Below, piece by piece: positions 50,212-61,437 of a DNA stretch of 64,000 bases. The DNA is from Promethearchaeota archaeon (GTDB lineage: Archaea; Asgardarchaeota; Lokiarchaeia; Sigyniarchaeales; SOKP01). The stretch lies in contig SHMW01000004.1 of the NCBI GenBank assembly GCA_008080735.1, positions 32,001-96,000 on the forward strand. The letters run 5' to 3'. The position numbers were made by a program, and so were the translations under genes. Under the pieces are notes generated by a model. The model worked only from the letters and a program-made list of their open reading frames with translations, was not told the DNA's origin and searched no databases. Position 1 is the stretch's first letter. Each line of letters starts with the position of its first letter.

Positions 50212-50910
50212 ATGAGAAGTTACAAAAAATACATAGCTGAGCTAATTGGTACATTTGCATTAGTCTTTATCGGATGCGGTACTGCTGTTATAGCGGGAGA
50301 TGATGTGGGTTTTCTTGGGATATCTTTTGCGTTCGGTCTTACATTATTGGGTATGGTTTACGCTATTGGACATATATCAGGATGTCATATTAATCCTGCG
50401 GTCTCCGTTTCAATGAGAATAAATGGCAAAATTAATACAAAGGATATGTTCATGTACATTGCGTTTCAATGCATTGGAGCAATAATTGCAAGTACCTTAT
50501 TATTTCTAGTTGCGGCAGGTCAACCTGGATATTCAGTTTTATCAGATGGCTTAGGTCAAAACGGATATGATGCAGCTTCGCCAGGAAACTATAGTCTTGT
50601 TTCAGCTCTCATTGCAGAGATACTCATGACTATGGTTTTTCTTCTAGTGATTCTCGGCTCTACCAGCAAAAATGCACCAAAAGGCTTAGCGGGTATTGCA
50701 ATTGGGTTGACACTGGTACTTATCCACATTTTTGGCATACCCATAACTGGGGTCTCGGTAAATCCTGCAAGGAGTCTAGGCCCAGCTATTTTAGTCGCTA
50801 TTTTTGGAAATATGACAGCAATAATTCAGTTATGGATGTTTTGGGTAGGACCTATGATCGGTGCTACTTTAGCAGCTCTGATGTGGATTTTTATATTTAA
50901 AGAAGATTAA
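50212..50910 (+). CDS. aqpZ: aquaporin Z (MIP family)
   Basis: AELIGTF, SGCHINPAVS, SVNPARS. Confidence 0.93.
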   Translation: MRSYKKYIAELIGTFALVFIGCGTAVIAGDDVGFLGISFAFGLTLLGMVYAIGHISGCHINPAVSVSMRINGKINTKDMFMYIAFQCIGAIIASTLLFLVAAGQPGYSVLSDGLGQNGYDAASPGNYSLVSALIAEILMTMVFLLVILGSTSKNAPKGLAGIAIGLTLVLIHIFGIPITGVSVNPARSLGPAILVAIFGNMTAIIQLWMFWVGPMIGATLAALMWIFIFKED

Positions 50911-51041
50911 TCCTAAATACAAAATCAAAAAATTCGGACTTTCCATCTATTTTTTTTTATATCTTTTTAATTGAACCTCTATTTGTAAGCAACATTAGTT
51001 TTAAATTTAAATCTTTCTTTTTTGCTAATTATCTGAAAAAA

Positions 51042-52571
51042 TTGGTATTGAAGAAACTCAACATGGAAAATATTAACAAAAGATTATTAACTGTAATATC
51101 TGAAAAATACTTGAGCGATAACATTTATGTAAGACATGCTTATTCAAGAGTGGTCGATTCAATTCAGCAAGGTGTTCCAGATATCGTAATTCGACCCGGA
51201 GATACTGAAGAAATCTCTGAAATTGTAAAAATTGCTAATGAAGAAGATATTCCGATTACCATTAGAGGAGGGGGTTGCTGTGAATTTGGCGGTAGTAAAC
51301 CAATAGGAGATGGAGGTATACTCTTGGATATGAAGCGAATGAACAACATTATCGACATTGATGAAGAGAATCTTATCGCCACCGTTGAGGCAGGAACATC
51401 ATGGGCTGAGTTAAATAATGCTCTCTCTAGTAATGGACTTTATACGGGATGTTTAGGACCAGGAAGCGGATTGACGGCTTCAGTGGGAGGCGGTATCAGT
51501 CATCATTCTGTCGGAGGTGGCGGCGGTGCCAAATATGGACCATGTACAAAACATGTAGTTTCTCTTGAAGTGGTGTTGCCCACAGGTGAGATTATAAATA
51601 CAGGTTCACAGGCAAATAAATTTTCTACGGCTCCATTCAATCGATTTGGAAATGGACCTGATTTAGCAGCTCTTTTTATGGGGGATAATGGAATTATGGG
51701 GATTAAGACAAAAATCGCTCTCAAAATTTATCCAAAACCCAAGTTTGTAGAGTATAAAACATTCGTACTCCCAAGAAAATCTATGGAGATCTCTGCCAAG
51801 ATCTTCAATGAAATTCGCCATAAAGGAATTGATGTATATGATGCGATGTACTTCATGGATCTTTTAGTAAATGTGGGAGTACAACAAGGAATATTTCCAC
51901 TATGGGAAGATTTAAAGAAAAAAAGAGGGATTATGTTTTATACCGTAGAAGCGAATTCCGATATTGAGTTAGAGGAAAAAGTGAAACAATTAGATGAAAT
52001 CTTTCTGGACTATAAAGGGCAAGAATTGGGCCCCGAAATTTCAGATGGGAATATTGGAAAATGGCATTACGAAGAGCAAGGACATTGGCTTATCGCTCAT
52101 AATCTTTGGGGTTTAATTCCTGGTTTTATGCCCTTAGATGCAGAATGTAAAACTTCTATCACTAGCTATCCGAAAATTTTGAAAGATTTAGAACTTTGGG
52201 ATATGGAAAATTCAGATGATATGATTAAGATTTTGGAAATTACTGGAATGAGACCAATATCCGGGGCAGGGCCCATCATATTAATTGAAGATAATACTGT
52301 AGAATTAACTGCGGGGTTTACAAGTTTTGAAAGTTATCATAAGGAAAAAGTATATGAAGAAATAGCAGATATTAATATTAAATTATGGAAATCGATGTTA
52401 GAGCGAATGACGAAGCATGGAGTCTCATGGTATATGATGGGAGATATTTTAAGCAGATTATTAGTTGATATTGGTGCATTTGACAAAACCTATTTTGAAT
52501 TTTTAAAAAATATCAAGAATACGCTAGATCCAAAGCACATAATCAGCAGAGGGAAGTTTAATTTCTATTAG
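51042..52571 (+). CDS. FAD-binding oxidoreductase (GlcD/Dld-like)
   Basis: PDIVIRP, RGGG, LEVVLPTGE, GDNGIMG; colinear paralog of 56419..57936. Confidence 0.85.
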   Translation: MVLKKLNMENINKRLLTVISEKYLSDNIYVRHAYSRVVDSIQQGVPDIVIRPGDTEEISEIVKIANEEDIPITIRGGGCCEFGGSKPIGDGGILLDMKRMNNIIDIDEENLIATVEAGTSWAELNNALSSNGLYTGCLGPGSGLTASVGGGISHHSVGGGGGAKYGPCTKHVVSLEVVLPTGEIINTGSQANKFSTAPFNRFGNGPDLAALFMGDNGIMGIKTKIALKIYPKPKFVEYKTFVLPRKSMEISAKIFNEIRHKGIDVYDAMYFMDLLVNVGVQQGIFPLWEDLKKKRGIMFYTVEANSDIELEEKVKQLDEIFLDYKGQELGPEISDGNIGKWHYEEQGHWLIAHNLWGLIPGFMPLDAECKTSITSYPKILKDLELWDMENSDDMIKILEITGMRPISGAGPIILIEDNTVELTAGFTSFESYHKEKVYEEIADINIKLWKSMLERMTKHGVSWYMMGDILSRLLVDIGAFDKTYFEFLKNIKNTLDPKHIISRGKFNFY

Positions 52572-52621
52572 ATCCTATTTTTTGGATTAACTATGCCTAA
52601 TTTTGCATAAAACATTTAGAA

Positions 52622-52861
52622 ATGCTGGATCTATCGAATAATCGATTGAGATCGATAAACGGCTTGCACAAGCTACAAAAAATAACTCACCTCTATTTGA
52701 GAAACAATAAATTAAAAGATTTGGAAAGTATTAGAGATATAAAAAAAATGGATCAATTAGAGCACTTGGATATTCGAGGAAACAATATAGCAGATGATAT
52801 TAACAAGAAAGACTTTCCTAATTTGAACTTAATTCTTAAAAATTATTTGGCTTTTATGTAA
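52622..52861 (+). pseudogene. C-terminal fragment of a leucine-rich repeat protein
   Basis: LDLSNNRL, LYLRNNKL, LDIRGNNI; begins mid-repeat. Confidence 0.6.
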
Positions 52862-53338
52862 TTGATATCATTTGATATAATATTTTTAAGGAAGTGGTGG
52901 ATTTTGGATTTTGAGCGTATTAAAAAGAAATTTCCTCTGGATATGTATTTCAAAAATGCAAAAAAATTAGGTAGAGAGGTATTAGATACTTACTTTAGTA
53001 AAGTTCCCTATTCAAAGGAAGAACGAGAAAAAGAAATCCGATTTTTTTATGAAAATTTAGAGTTTATAACAAAAAAATGGGTTCTTGAGATTCTCTGGGA
53101 ATTGGAAACTTACAAAGGTTCGAATTTTAATGAATTAAAACGAGCTCTAAAGGGAATATCTTCACGATCCCTCTCAGATCGTCTTAAAGATCTGGAAGAG
53201 CACAACATAGTTTCTCGTATTGTAGAAGATACACGTCCCCCTAGCGTATTATACAGATTAAGTGAAAAAGGCAAGGGTTTTGTAGAATTAATGACCTTAG
53301 TTATTCTATTTCTAAAAAAAAATAAAGAAAATACTTAA
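52862..53338 (+). CDS. HxlR-family winged-helix transcriptional regulator
   Basis: KKWVLEIL, FNELKRALKGISSRSLSDRLKDLE, RPPSVLYRLSEKG; true start probably slightly downstream. Confidence 0.9.
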   Translation: MISFDIIFLRKWWILDFERIKKKFPLDMYFKNAKKLGREVLDTYFSKVPYSKEEREKEIRFFYENLEFITKKWVLEILWELETYKGSNFNELKRALKGISSRSLSDRLKDLEEHNIVSRIVEDTRPPSVLYRLSEKGKGFVELMTLVILFLKKNKENT

Positions 53339-53352
53339 TCTTAATAATTATT

Positions 53353-54084
53353 TTAATCCTTGAAAAAAAATCTCTTTGCAAAATTAGGCATAGTTAATCC
53401 AATATAGAACTCAATTGAACTTAGGATTAAAATTGATCTTGCAATGATGTTTGATTCGGGAGTAGTGAATAGAATTTCAACAATATTTCCAACTACAAAG
53501 GTGATAAACGCCAGTAACAAAAACTGACCACGGAGCTTAACTTCCTTATCCATGGAACGTAAAAGCTCACGCGCAAATAGAAATCCCGTTATAAGAACGA
53601 TGCTTAAACTAGAGATTAAAACAATATCGCTCAAAGGAGACCAAACAACTTGGTAAGGATAATCACCAATTTTTCCAATCATATTAATCTCAATAAAAAT
53701 GAATGAAACTATTAGTATTTCCATAATTATTGCGAATATTCCATAAACCAGTAGTATAATCTTTTTTGTCCTGTTCTTAAGATGTAATAAATTAGTTAAA
53801 GCTGTGAGCCATAGCAGGACAACAATGGGAATTATTATGATATTAAATAGGGCATAGAGCACGATTAGTGAAAAATCCGAAATTTCTGGAGAAAAAAAAC
53901 TAAAGAAAAATTGAAGAATATCGGGAATCAGGGGAAAAGCGATTCCTAACCAAGCAATTCCAACATATAGATAATTTATATTTTTTCTGTTTCTATAGGT
54001 CGATGCGATTTTAATACCTAAAATAAAATTAATGAGAACAAATAATATCGTTATTATACCAGTTGTTATTTGAAATATCTCCAT
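53353..54084 (-). CDS. hypothetical 7-TM-like membrane protein
   Basis: About 7 hydrophobic helices, DKEVKLRGQFLLLAF; paralog of 55463..56200. Confidence 0.75.
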   Translation of the reverse strand: MEIFQITTGIITILFVLINFILGIKIASTYRNRKNINYLYVGIAWLGIAFPLIPDILQFFFSFFSPEISDFSLIVLYALFNIIIIPIVVLLWLTALTNLLHLKNRTKKIILLVYGIFAIIMEILIVSFIFIEINMIGKIGDYPYQVVWSPLSDIVLISSLSIVLITGFLFARELLRSMDKEVKLRGQFLLLAFITFVVGNIVEILFTTPESNIIARSILILSSIEFYIGLTMPNFAKRFFFKD

Positions 54085-54218
54085 AATAATGTCCTATTTT
54101 TCTAATTGTTAATTTAGAAATAGTTATAACTACATATATTTTTTATCTAAAAAGATCAGATCTCATAATTTACCACTTGAATAAAAGGATATAACTGTTT
54201 AAATTTAGATATTTTTAA

Positions 54219-54260
54219 ACGCTTTCATCCATGCCCTAAAGGACACATGGGTTTCTGCGT
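54219..54260. repeat. isolated GC-rich hairpin, possible IS200/IS605-type end remnant
   Basis: Minus strand CCA-TG-TGTCC-TTTA-GGGCA-TGG enclosed by ACGC/GCGT within an AT-rich intergenic region. Confidence 0.3.
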
Positions 54261-54340
54261 GAAAAATGATTAAAAGAACCAAATATTGAAATTTTTAATA
54301 GTTACTTCATTGTTTTACTAAAAAATGATTTTTACTAATA

Positions 54341-55306
54341 ATGATGAATAAAAGAAATATTTTGATCACAGGAGGAGCGGGCTTTATAGGGTCACATCTC
54401 GCAGAAAAACTCTTGAGAACTAATAATTATGTCCTAATTATTGATAATTTCAGAGAACATAGGGAAGAAAAAAGACATCAATTACAACATATTTTGGAAA
54501 ATTATCAAGAAGGAATTGATTTCAATATTATTGAAGGAAGTCTTCTTAATCCAGAAATCTTTGAAAAAATTGAGAAAAATATTGATATAATTTTTCATTT
54601 AGCCGCGATAGCGGGAGTTCGATATTCACTATTAAATCCAACAGTAATAACAGAAAATAATATATGTAGCACGGTCAATATTTTTGAATATTCTCGTAGA
54701 TGTGGTAAAAAAAAAGTGGTTTTTGCATCTTCTTCCTCTGTGTATGGAAATCCCATTTATACGCCTGTTGATGAAGATCATCCAAAAACTCCGATATCTC
54801 CATATGCGGTATCAAAATTAGCTTGTGAATCTTATTGCGATTATTATTTTCGGGAATATTCGATACCTTCCACTTGGCTTAGATTCTATACCGTCTACGG
54901 CCCATGGGGTCGAAAGGATATGGCTATTAGAAAATTTATCGAACGTGTTCTTAATGGGGAAGAAATCGTAATTTATGGTGATGGAGAACAACTAAGGGAT
55001 TTTACATATATCTCAGACATTGTGGATGGATTAATCTTAGCTGCTGAGAATGAAGACGCCGATGGAGAAGCTTTTAATTTAGGGTGCGGCAATCCCATAT
55101 CAGTAAACGAATTAGTAAATAAGATTTATAGCATTGCTGATAGACCCAAAAACGTTAAATATATTGATGCGAAAAAGGGGGATGTGAGAGTTACTCATTC
55201 AGATATTACAAAAGCCCAAAAAAAATTAGGATTTTCTCCCAAGGTAAATATCTATCAAGGAATCAAGAATACTTTCGAATGGGAAAAAGAATATCTGAGT
55301 ATGTGA
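54341..55306 (+). CDS. NAD-dependent nucleotide-sugar epimerase/dehydratase
   Basis: TGGAGFIGSH, ASSSSVYG, YAVSK, RFYTVYGP, RDFTYISD. Confidence 0.93.
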   Translation: MMNKRNILITGGAGFIGSHLAEKLLRTNNYVLIIDNFREHREEKRHQLQHILENYQEGIDFNIIEGSLLNPEIFEKIEKNIDIIFHLAAIAGVRYSLLNPTVITENNICSTVNIFEYSRRCGKKKVVFASSSSVYGNPIYTPVDEDHPKTPISPYAVSKLACESYCDYYFREYSIPSTWLRFYTVYGPWGRKDMAIRKFIERVLNGEEIVIYGDGEQLRDFTYISDIVDGLILAAENEDADGEAFNLGCGNPISVNELVNKIYSIADRPKNVKYIDAKKGDVRVTHSDITKAQKKLGFSPKVNIYQGIKNTFEWEKEYLSM

Positions 55307-55462
55307 GAAATAAGCTGAAAACATTATTAGAAATACTCTTTGTTTAATAGATCGTATCACATTCTTCTTAATTTAATAAATATCATTGTTAGCTTTAAAT
55401 ATAACATTTACTTAATAACTCTCGATCGATAATTCGATTATTCTTAAATGGGTGATTAGTAA

Positions 55463-56200
55463 ATGGCAAGTGTAACTATTTCGGATCTCGAAGTGAAAGA
55501 TTTTTTCCACGGAATATCGGCGATAATTATTATTATTGTTTCTGTGATTATCGGTATAAGGATTTTGTATACATACTATAAATACAAGGATAAAATAAAT
55601 ATCACTGTCGGGTTAACCTACTTTTTTCTGTTATCTCCATATTGGGGTGGCGCAATTTCGTTTATCGGTGTTTTGATAGCAAATTATGCATTAGATATTC
55701 CCGTATACCTATTTCTCTCAAGCGCATTTTTACCCATTGCTTTGGTTAGTTGGATATATTCAGTTGCGACTTTGATTTATAAGAAATATAAAAAAATGAT
55801 GGTTATAATTTACATCGCAATCTCGATTATTTTTGAAATTCTACTCATTGTATTTTTATTGACAGATTATACCATTATAGGAGAGAAAACTACAGAAATC
55901 AATATAATTAGCAACGATTTCCTCCTAATATTCCAAATCATTACAATCGTTTCGATGGAGGCCACTGGAATTCATTTTAGTATCATTTCGATAAAATCAG
56001 CCGATCCAAAAGTTAATCTAAAAGGAAAATTCTTATTAGCAGCATGGTTATTGATTCTTGTTTCTGTTCTCTTAGATGCGGTATTAACCACAGACGCTTT
56101 ATTAATGTTAGTAATTAGGATATTGCTGGTTTCTGGAGTTGTCTTTTATTACTTGGGTTTTTTTTTACCCGAAGCAGTATCAGAGAGAATTTTAAAATAG
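55463..56200 (+). CDS. hypothetical 7-TM-like membrane protein
   Basis: About 7 TM helices, DPKVNLKGKFLLAAW, YLGFFLP; paralog of 53353..54084. Confidence 0.75.
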   Translation: MASVTISDLEVKDFFHGISAIIIIIVSVIIGIRILYTYYKYKDKINITVGLTYFFLLSPYWGGAISFIGVLIANYALDIPVYLFLSSAFLPIALVSWIYSVATLIYKKYKKMMVIIYIAISIIFEILLIVFLLTDYTIIGEKTTEINIISNDFLLIFQIITIVSMEATGIHFSIISIKSADPKVNLKGKFLLAAWLLILVSVLLDAVLTTDALLMLVIRILLVSGVVFYYLGFFLPEAVSERILK

Positions 56201-56418
56201 GAACCACCCCAATTCTTTTTTTTGACTATTCTGGATTTTATATGATTTCTGACGAGGATTGCTCTCACATGAATTTATTATAAATTTGCAAAAATTGGTA
56301 GTGTAGATATTTAAACTACCTTTTTTTCAGTTTACTGAGCAATTTATAAATATAATTCGATCTATTAATTGTATAGTAGGAAATTAGTTAAAAACTAATA
56401 AATCAAACACTATCGAAA

Positions 56419-57936
56419 ATGTCGGAATTATATCAAAAACTAGAAAATATCGTATCTGATCAATTCATTTCCGATAATGAATATATTCGCCATTCATATT
56501 CGCGAAATGTAGATCCATTACTACAAGGAGTACCCGATATCATTATACGTCCTAAAGATGCCAAGGAGATTTCGGAGATTTTAAAAGTTGCGAATCAGGA
56601 AAAAATTCCCGTTTATCCGCGAGGAGGAGGGGATTGTGAATTTGGCGGCAGCAAACCCATAGGTAATAACGGAATTCTATTAGATATGAAGCGAATGAAT
56701 AAAATTATCAACTTAGATACAAAAAACCTTATAGTCACTGTTGAGGCGGGAACATCTTGGGGTAAGCTGAATGAATATCTTTCTGATTTTGACTTATATA
56801 CGGGTTGTATGGGACCTGGAAGTGGAATGACTGCTTCAATAGGAGGAGGGATTTCCCATCATAGCGTTGGCGGGGGGGGATGTGCGAAATATGGTGCATG
56901 CACGAATCAACTGGTTTCATTAGAAGTGGTTCTTCCCACAGGAGAGATCATTGAAACTGGCTCGCAAGCAAATAAATATTCAGAATATCCATTCAATAGG
57001 TTTGGAAACGGACCTGATCTCGCTGGACTATTTTGTGGAGATAATGGAATTATGGGAGTAAAGACGAGAGTCTCTTTACAAGTGTTTCCACGACCCACAT
57101 TCGCGAATTACAAAACCTTTCTATTGGAGAGGAAATCGGCTGAAATTAGTTCTGAAATCTTTTCTGAGATAAGAAAAATGGGAATAGAGGTATATGATGC
57201 GATGTATATTATGGATTTGGTTGTAAATGTTGGTTGCCAACAAGGACTTTTTCCCATGTGGGACGATCTCAAGCGAAAAAAGGGGATTTTCTTTTATACT
57301 ATTGAGGCGAATTCAGAAGAGGAATTAGAAGCGAAAACTAACCAATTAGATCAGATTATTCTCAATAAAAGGAAAGTCCAAGAATTGGGCCCTGAAATTT
57401 CGGAGGGAAATATCGCAAAATGGCATTATGAAGAGCAAGGACACTGGCAGATGTATCACAATTTATGGGGGATGTTTCCCGCATTAGAACCCTTAACCGC
57501 AGAATGTTTTACTCCGATTAGTACCTATCCTAGGATTTTGACAGATCTTGACCAATGGGATATAGAACATAACGATGATATCCAAAAAATTACAGAAATT
57601 ACCGGTCAAAGACCCATAACAGGAAGTGGACCTATACTGCTAATTGATGGATGTAATGTAGAACTTACTTGCGGTTTTACCAGTTTTTCTGCTTATCACA
57701 ATGGTAAATATCATGACCTAATTGATGAGATCAATGAAAAGCTTTGGAAATCCGTTCTTGAGCGCGTCACCCGACACGGAGTACAATGGTATATGATGGG
57801 CGATATGATGTCCCGAATGATGGTCGAGATAGGAGCCTATCCAGAAGCTTTTTATAATTTAATGAAATCTGTCAAACAAACACTAGATCCAAACTTAATC
57901 CTAAGTAGGGGTAAATTCAAATTTGGAAATGACTAA
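56419..57936 (+). CDS. FAD-binding oxidoreductase (GlcD/Dld-like)
   Basis: PDIIIRP, PRGGG, LEVVLPTGE, GDNGIMG, LDPNLILSRGK. Confidence 0.85.
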   Translation: MSELYQKLENIVSDQFISDNEYIRHSYSRNVDPLLQGVPDIIIRPKDAKEISEILKVANQEKIPVYPRGGGDCEFGGSKPIGNNGILLDMKRMNKIINLDTKNLIVTVEAGTSWGKLNEYLSDFDLYTGCMGPGSGMTASIGGGISHHSVGGGGCAKYGACTNQLVSLEVVLPTGEIIETGSQANKYSEYPFNRFGNGPDLAGLFCGDNGIMGVKTRVSLQVFPRPTFANYKTFLLERKSAEISSEIFSEIRKMGIEVYDAMYIMDLVVNVGCQQGLFPMWDDLKRKKGIFFYTIEANSEEELEAKTNQLDQIILNKRKVQELGPEISEGNIAKWHYEEQGHWQMYHNLWGMFPALEPLTAECFTPISTYPRILTDLDQWDIEHNDDIQKITEITGQRPITGSGPILLIDGCNVELTCGFTSFSAYHNGKYHDLIDEINEKLWKSVLERVTRHGVQWYMMGDMMSRMMVEIGAYPEAFYNLMKSVKQTLDPNLILSRGKFKFGND

Positions 57937-58005
57937 TCTATGAAAATGCAAATCATTTTGAAGAAATTCTCATAAGTCTTGATTATTATAAAGAGATGAA
58001 CTAAC

Positions 58006-58314
58006 ATGTATGAAGATACAAAAAGAAAGCTTGAAGAAAACGAAGGAAACACAATAAGTATTGTTGGAATAATTTCAAGTATTATTTGGCAGCATATGCT
58101 AATCCATGATGATAGGCACCCCGAAATAAACTATATTGATCTTGAAAATGGATTCCAACTGGTCGTGTATACAGATAAGGAAATAAACTGTGAAGATGAA
58201 ATAGAAATTATTGGAAAGGTAATTAAGGTGAAGGGAAGTAAAAATCCCAGATCAAAATTATCTGATGAATATTGTGAATTTCAGCTTATTGCAGATTCAT
58301 GGAAATGTATTTAG
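58006..58314 (+). CDS. small hypothetical protein, possible OB fold
   Basis: Beta-rich 102-aa ORF (ISIVGII..IEIIGKV..FQLIADSW). Confidence 0.55.
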   Translation: MYEDTKRKLEENEGNTISIVGIISSIIWQHMLIHDDRHPEINYIDLENGFQLVVYTDKEINCEDEIEIIGKVIKVKGSKNPRSKLSDEYCEFQLIADSWKCI

Positions 58315-58352
58315 AATTATGGAAAATAAAAAAATTATGTTGAAAAATTAAA

Positions 58353-59585
58353 ATGAGCAAATTAGAAAATCTAAAAAAGCAATGGGAAGCCATAATGTCC
58401 TGTATGGGTTGCGGAGATTGCGGATACGCCATCCGACCTGCGGTGGGGCGATTTCTCACCTGCCCCGTGAAAGAAGCAAAAGGTGATGAAGCCTTTGAAA
58501 TCTGGTTCTCTCGGGGGCGCATGAACGTACTTAAGAGTATTTTGGAGGGGAAAATCCCATTGAGTAAAGATTTAGCGGAGTTTGTATATCAATGCTCTGA
58601 ATGTGGAAATTGTACGGAAGTATGTCATCAGACGCAGAATGAACATATAGTGTTAAATACTTCAAAGTGGATTGATCATGTAGAAGTATGGAATGCGTTG
58701 CGCGAAGATCTTGTTGAGGCGGGTTTTGCTCCTTTAGAGAGACATCAAGTATTGATTGAATACATGAATAATCCAGAAATGAGAAACCCATATGGAGAAG
58801 TAAAAATTGATAAAACGAAATGGGCCTCAGAATTTTCAAATATTAAAGAAAATGCGGATCTTGTGTTTTTTACTGGATGCACTATGCCTTTAAGACAAGT
58901 CAACACACTTAGAAGTTTAATGAAAATTTTGGAAGCCGCTAAAACGGACATAACATTATTAGATGAAGAATGGTGTTGTGGTTCCATAGCTCTTCGAATT
59001 GGGGATAAAAAGGCTGTAATGGATTCAATTTACCACAATATCGATCAAATTAAGAATATAGGTGGAAAAGAAATATTTACGGCGTGTGCAGGCTGTTATC
59101 GAACGTTGAATAAGGATTATCCGGAACTTTTGGGCGAAGAATTACCGTTTAGAGTAAAACATATTACAGAAATTTTAATAGACTTAATAAATAAGGACCA
59201 AATTCCCTTTAATCAAGGATCTAATCCTCAAAAGATAACATATCATGATCCGTGCCATTTAGGAAGACATATGGATTTATATGAGATTCCAAGAGAAGTA
59301 ATCGCAAAACTTCCAGGAGTCGAATTGGTTGAGATGAAACGTAATAGAAAGAATGCATGGTGTTGTGGTGCTGGAGGGGGCGTGAAAAGTCAATTTGCGG
59401 ATTTAGCAATGGAAATTTCTTGGGAACGAATCAAAGAAGCTATTGAAAGTGGCGCAGATATATTAACCACTAGTTGTCCGTTTTGTATTGGAAATTTTAA
59501 AGATGCATATGAACAAATGGACCCTAAAGAGCAAGAGAAGATCGTCGTAATTGACGTGATTGATCTAATCGCTTCAAAAATTTAA
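58353..59585 (+). CDS. HdrD/GlcF-like Fe-S oxidoreductase (CCG domains)
   Basis: CMGCGDC..CP, CSECGNCTEVC, WCCG, ACAGC, YHDPCHLGR, CCGAGGG, SCPFC. Confidence 0.9.
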   Translation: MSKLENLKKQWEAIMSCMGCGDCGYAIRPAVGRFLTCPVKEAKGDEAFEIWFSRGRMNVLKSILEGKIPLSKDLAEFVYQCSECGNCTEVCHQTQNEHIVLNTSKWIDHVEVWNALREDLVEAGFAPLERHQVLIEYMNNPEMRNPYGEVKIDKTKWASEFSNIKENADLVFFTGCTMPLRQVNTLRSLMKILEAAKTDITLLDEEWCCGSIALRIGDKKAVMDSIYHNIDQIKNIGGKEIFTACAGCYRTLNKDYPELLGEELPFRVKHITEILIDLINKDQIPFNQGSNPQKITYHDPCHLGRHMDLYEIPREVIAKLPGVELVEMKRNRKNAWCCGAGGGVKSQFADLAMEISWERIKEAIESGADILTTSCPFCIGNFKDAYEQMDPKEQEKIVVIDVIDLIASKI

Positions 59586-59765
59586 ACAATCTCTTTCTCT
59601 ATATTATATTTCTCACTTTTTTCTTTTTATCTTTATTCCGATAAATCAAAAGCCTTAAAATTAAAAGTAAATAGTAAAATTACTTATATAGAATGATCTT
59701 TTTCACAGATCTATCTATATAGACTTATATTTCAAACTTTTATAACTAGAATTGGGAAGATATAT

Positions 59766-61421
59766 ATGAATAATACGGAAGAAAATTTAGATTTGAAAGA
59801 ATTCAAAAATCACTATGAAGAGATTTTTGATAAAATGAGAAGTGGAGTGGCAATTTATAAACCAATAGAGAATGGTAAAGATTTTGAATTTGTAAATATC
59901 AACCAAGCTGCTGAAGAAATAGATAATATAGAAAAACAACAAGTTATAGGACGAAAATTAACTGATGTTTTTCCGGGGGTAATAGATTTTGGACTCTTGG
60001 ATGTACTTCAAAATGTTTGGATCTCGGGGGAACCAGAGCGACATCCGATTTCAAAATATAAAGACAATCGTATTGAAGGATGGAGAGATAATTATGTGTA
60101 CAAATTATCTTCAGGTGAAATTATTGCGATTTATGATGATGTTTCCGAGTTAAAATTAAAAGAAAAACAGCTTAGAAACGCACTGAAAGAATCGGAACGA
60201 CGGAGAAACCAAATAAGTGCCTTATTAAAGGCAACTAAAGCTGTATTAGAATATAAACATTTCAAAGATGCTGCAAAGGCTATTTTTGAAGTATCTAAAG
60301 ATATAACAGGAGCTCAATCTGGATATGTAGCATTGTTGTCTGAGGATGGAAGTGAGAATGAGGTATTATTTCTTGATTCTGGAGGTCTTCCTTGTAGAGT
60401 TAATCCCAATCTCCCTATGCCGATACGCGGACTCAGAGCAGAAGCATATAAAAAGGGAAAGCCCATATATGACAATAATTTTATGAAAAGTGATTGGATT
60501 AAATATTTACCTGATGGTCATGTAGAATTAAAAAATGTATTATTCGCACCTCTAAATTTAGAAAATAAAACAATTGGCATAATTGGGCTTGCTAATAAGA
60601 AAAATGGTTTCAATGAAAACGACAAAAATTTGAGTGCTGGATTATCTGAATTAGTTGCTATTGCGTTAAAAAATAGTCAAATGCTTGATTCACTTGAAAA
60701 TTCCAGACAAGAGTGTTTATATGCTTACAATCAGGCTAATCTCTATAAAGATCTTTTTACGCATGATATAAATAATATTTTGCATAATATTAAAACCGCT
60801 TCAGATTTACTTTCGAATATAGTAGAGCAGCAACTTGAGAGTAAAAAAGTTCACGAACTTATCGATATGATTGACGATCAGATAATAAGAGGCTCCAATC
60901 TAATTTCTAATATAAGAAAACTTTCCGATCTTGATATGATAAACGGTAATTTGAATAGAATTTCCCTGAATAAAGAACTAACTAAAGCTATTAGGTTTGT
61001 TAAAGAAAGTTATCCAAATAAAAATATTATAATAAACTATGATTCCCCATCTGAAAATTATCATATAAAAGGAAATGAATTTTTGGTTGAAGTTTTTGAA
61101 AATATTTTGATTAATGCTGTGAAATATAACGAGAAAGATCCTAAAATCCAAATTAGAGTTTCAAGAATTGAAGAAAAGGATACCAAATTCACTAAGATCG
61201 AATTTATTGATAATGGAATTGGTATTCCAGATGAGATGAAAGAGTCTTTATTCAAATCTCGGATTAAAAAAGAAAAAGAAAGTAGTGGAATGGGATTGGG
61301 ATTATTACTTACTAAAAAGATCCTAAAGGTTCATAACGGAAAAATTTGGGTTCAAAATAGAATCATGGGAGAATATCAGAAAGGCAGTAATTTCGTTGTT
61401 TTGTTACCCTTATTAGAGTGA
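59766..61421 (+). CDS. PAS-GAF sensor histidine kinase
   Basis: PAS, GAF (PIRGLRAEAY..NVLFAPL..GLANK), FTHDINN, NILINAVKY, DNGIGI, GMGLGL. Confidence 0.93.
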   Translation: MNNTEENLDLKEFKNHYEEIFDKMRSGVAIYKPIENGKDFEFVNINQAAEEIDNIEKQQVIGRKLTDVFPGVIDFGLLDVLQNVWISGEPERHPISKYKDNRIEGWRDNYVYKLSSGEIIAIYDDVSELKLKEKQLRNALKESERRRNQISALLKATKAVLEYKHFKDAAKAIFEVSKDITGAQSGYVALLSEDGSENEVLFLDSGGLPCRVNPNLPMPIRGLRAEAYKKGKPIYDNNFMKSDWIKYLPDGHVELKNVLFAPLNLENKTIGIIGLANKKNGFNENDKNLSAGLSELVAIALKNSQMLDSLENSRQECLYAYNQANLYKDLFTHDINNILHNIKTASDLLSNIVEQQLESKKVHELIDMIDDQIIRGSNLISNIRKLSDLDMINGNLNRISLNKELTKAIRFVKESYPNKNIIINYDSPSENYHIKGNEFLVEVFENILINAVKYNEKDPKIQIRVSRIEEKDTKFTKIEFIDNGIGIPDEMKESLFKSRIKKEKESSGMGLGLLLTKKILKVHNGKIWVQNRIMGEYQKGSNFVVLLPLLE

Positions 61422-61437
61422 ACATATGGATGTGTGA

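Noticed and set aside
58617-58667. GAAGTAT/ATACTTC stem followed by AAA in the CCG protein gene
   Set aside because: Excision would delete a cluster-ligating Cys and shift the frame; no exon helix.
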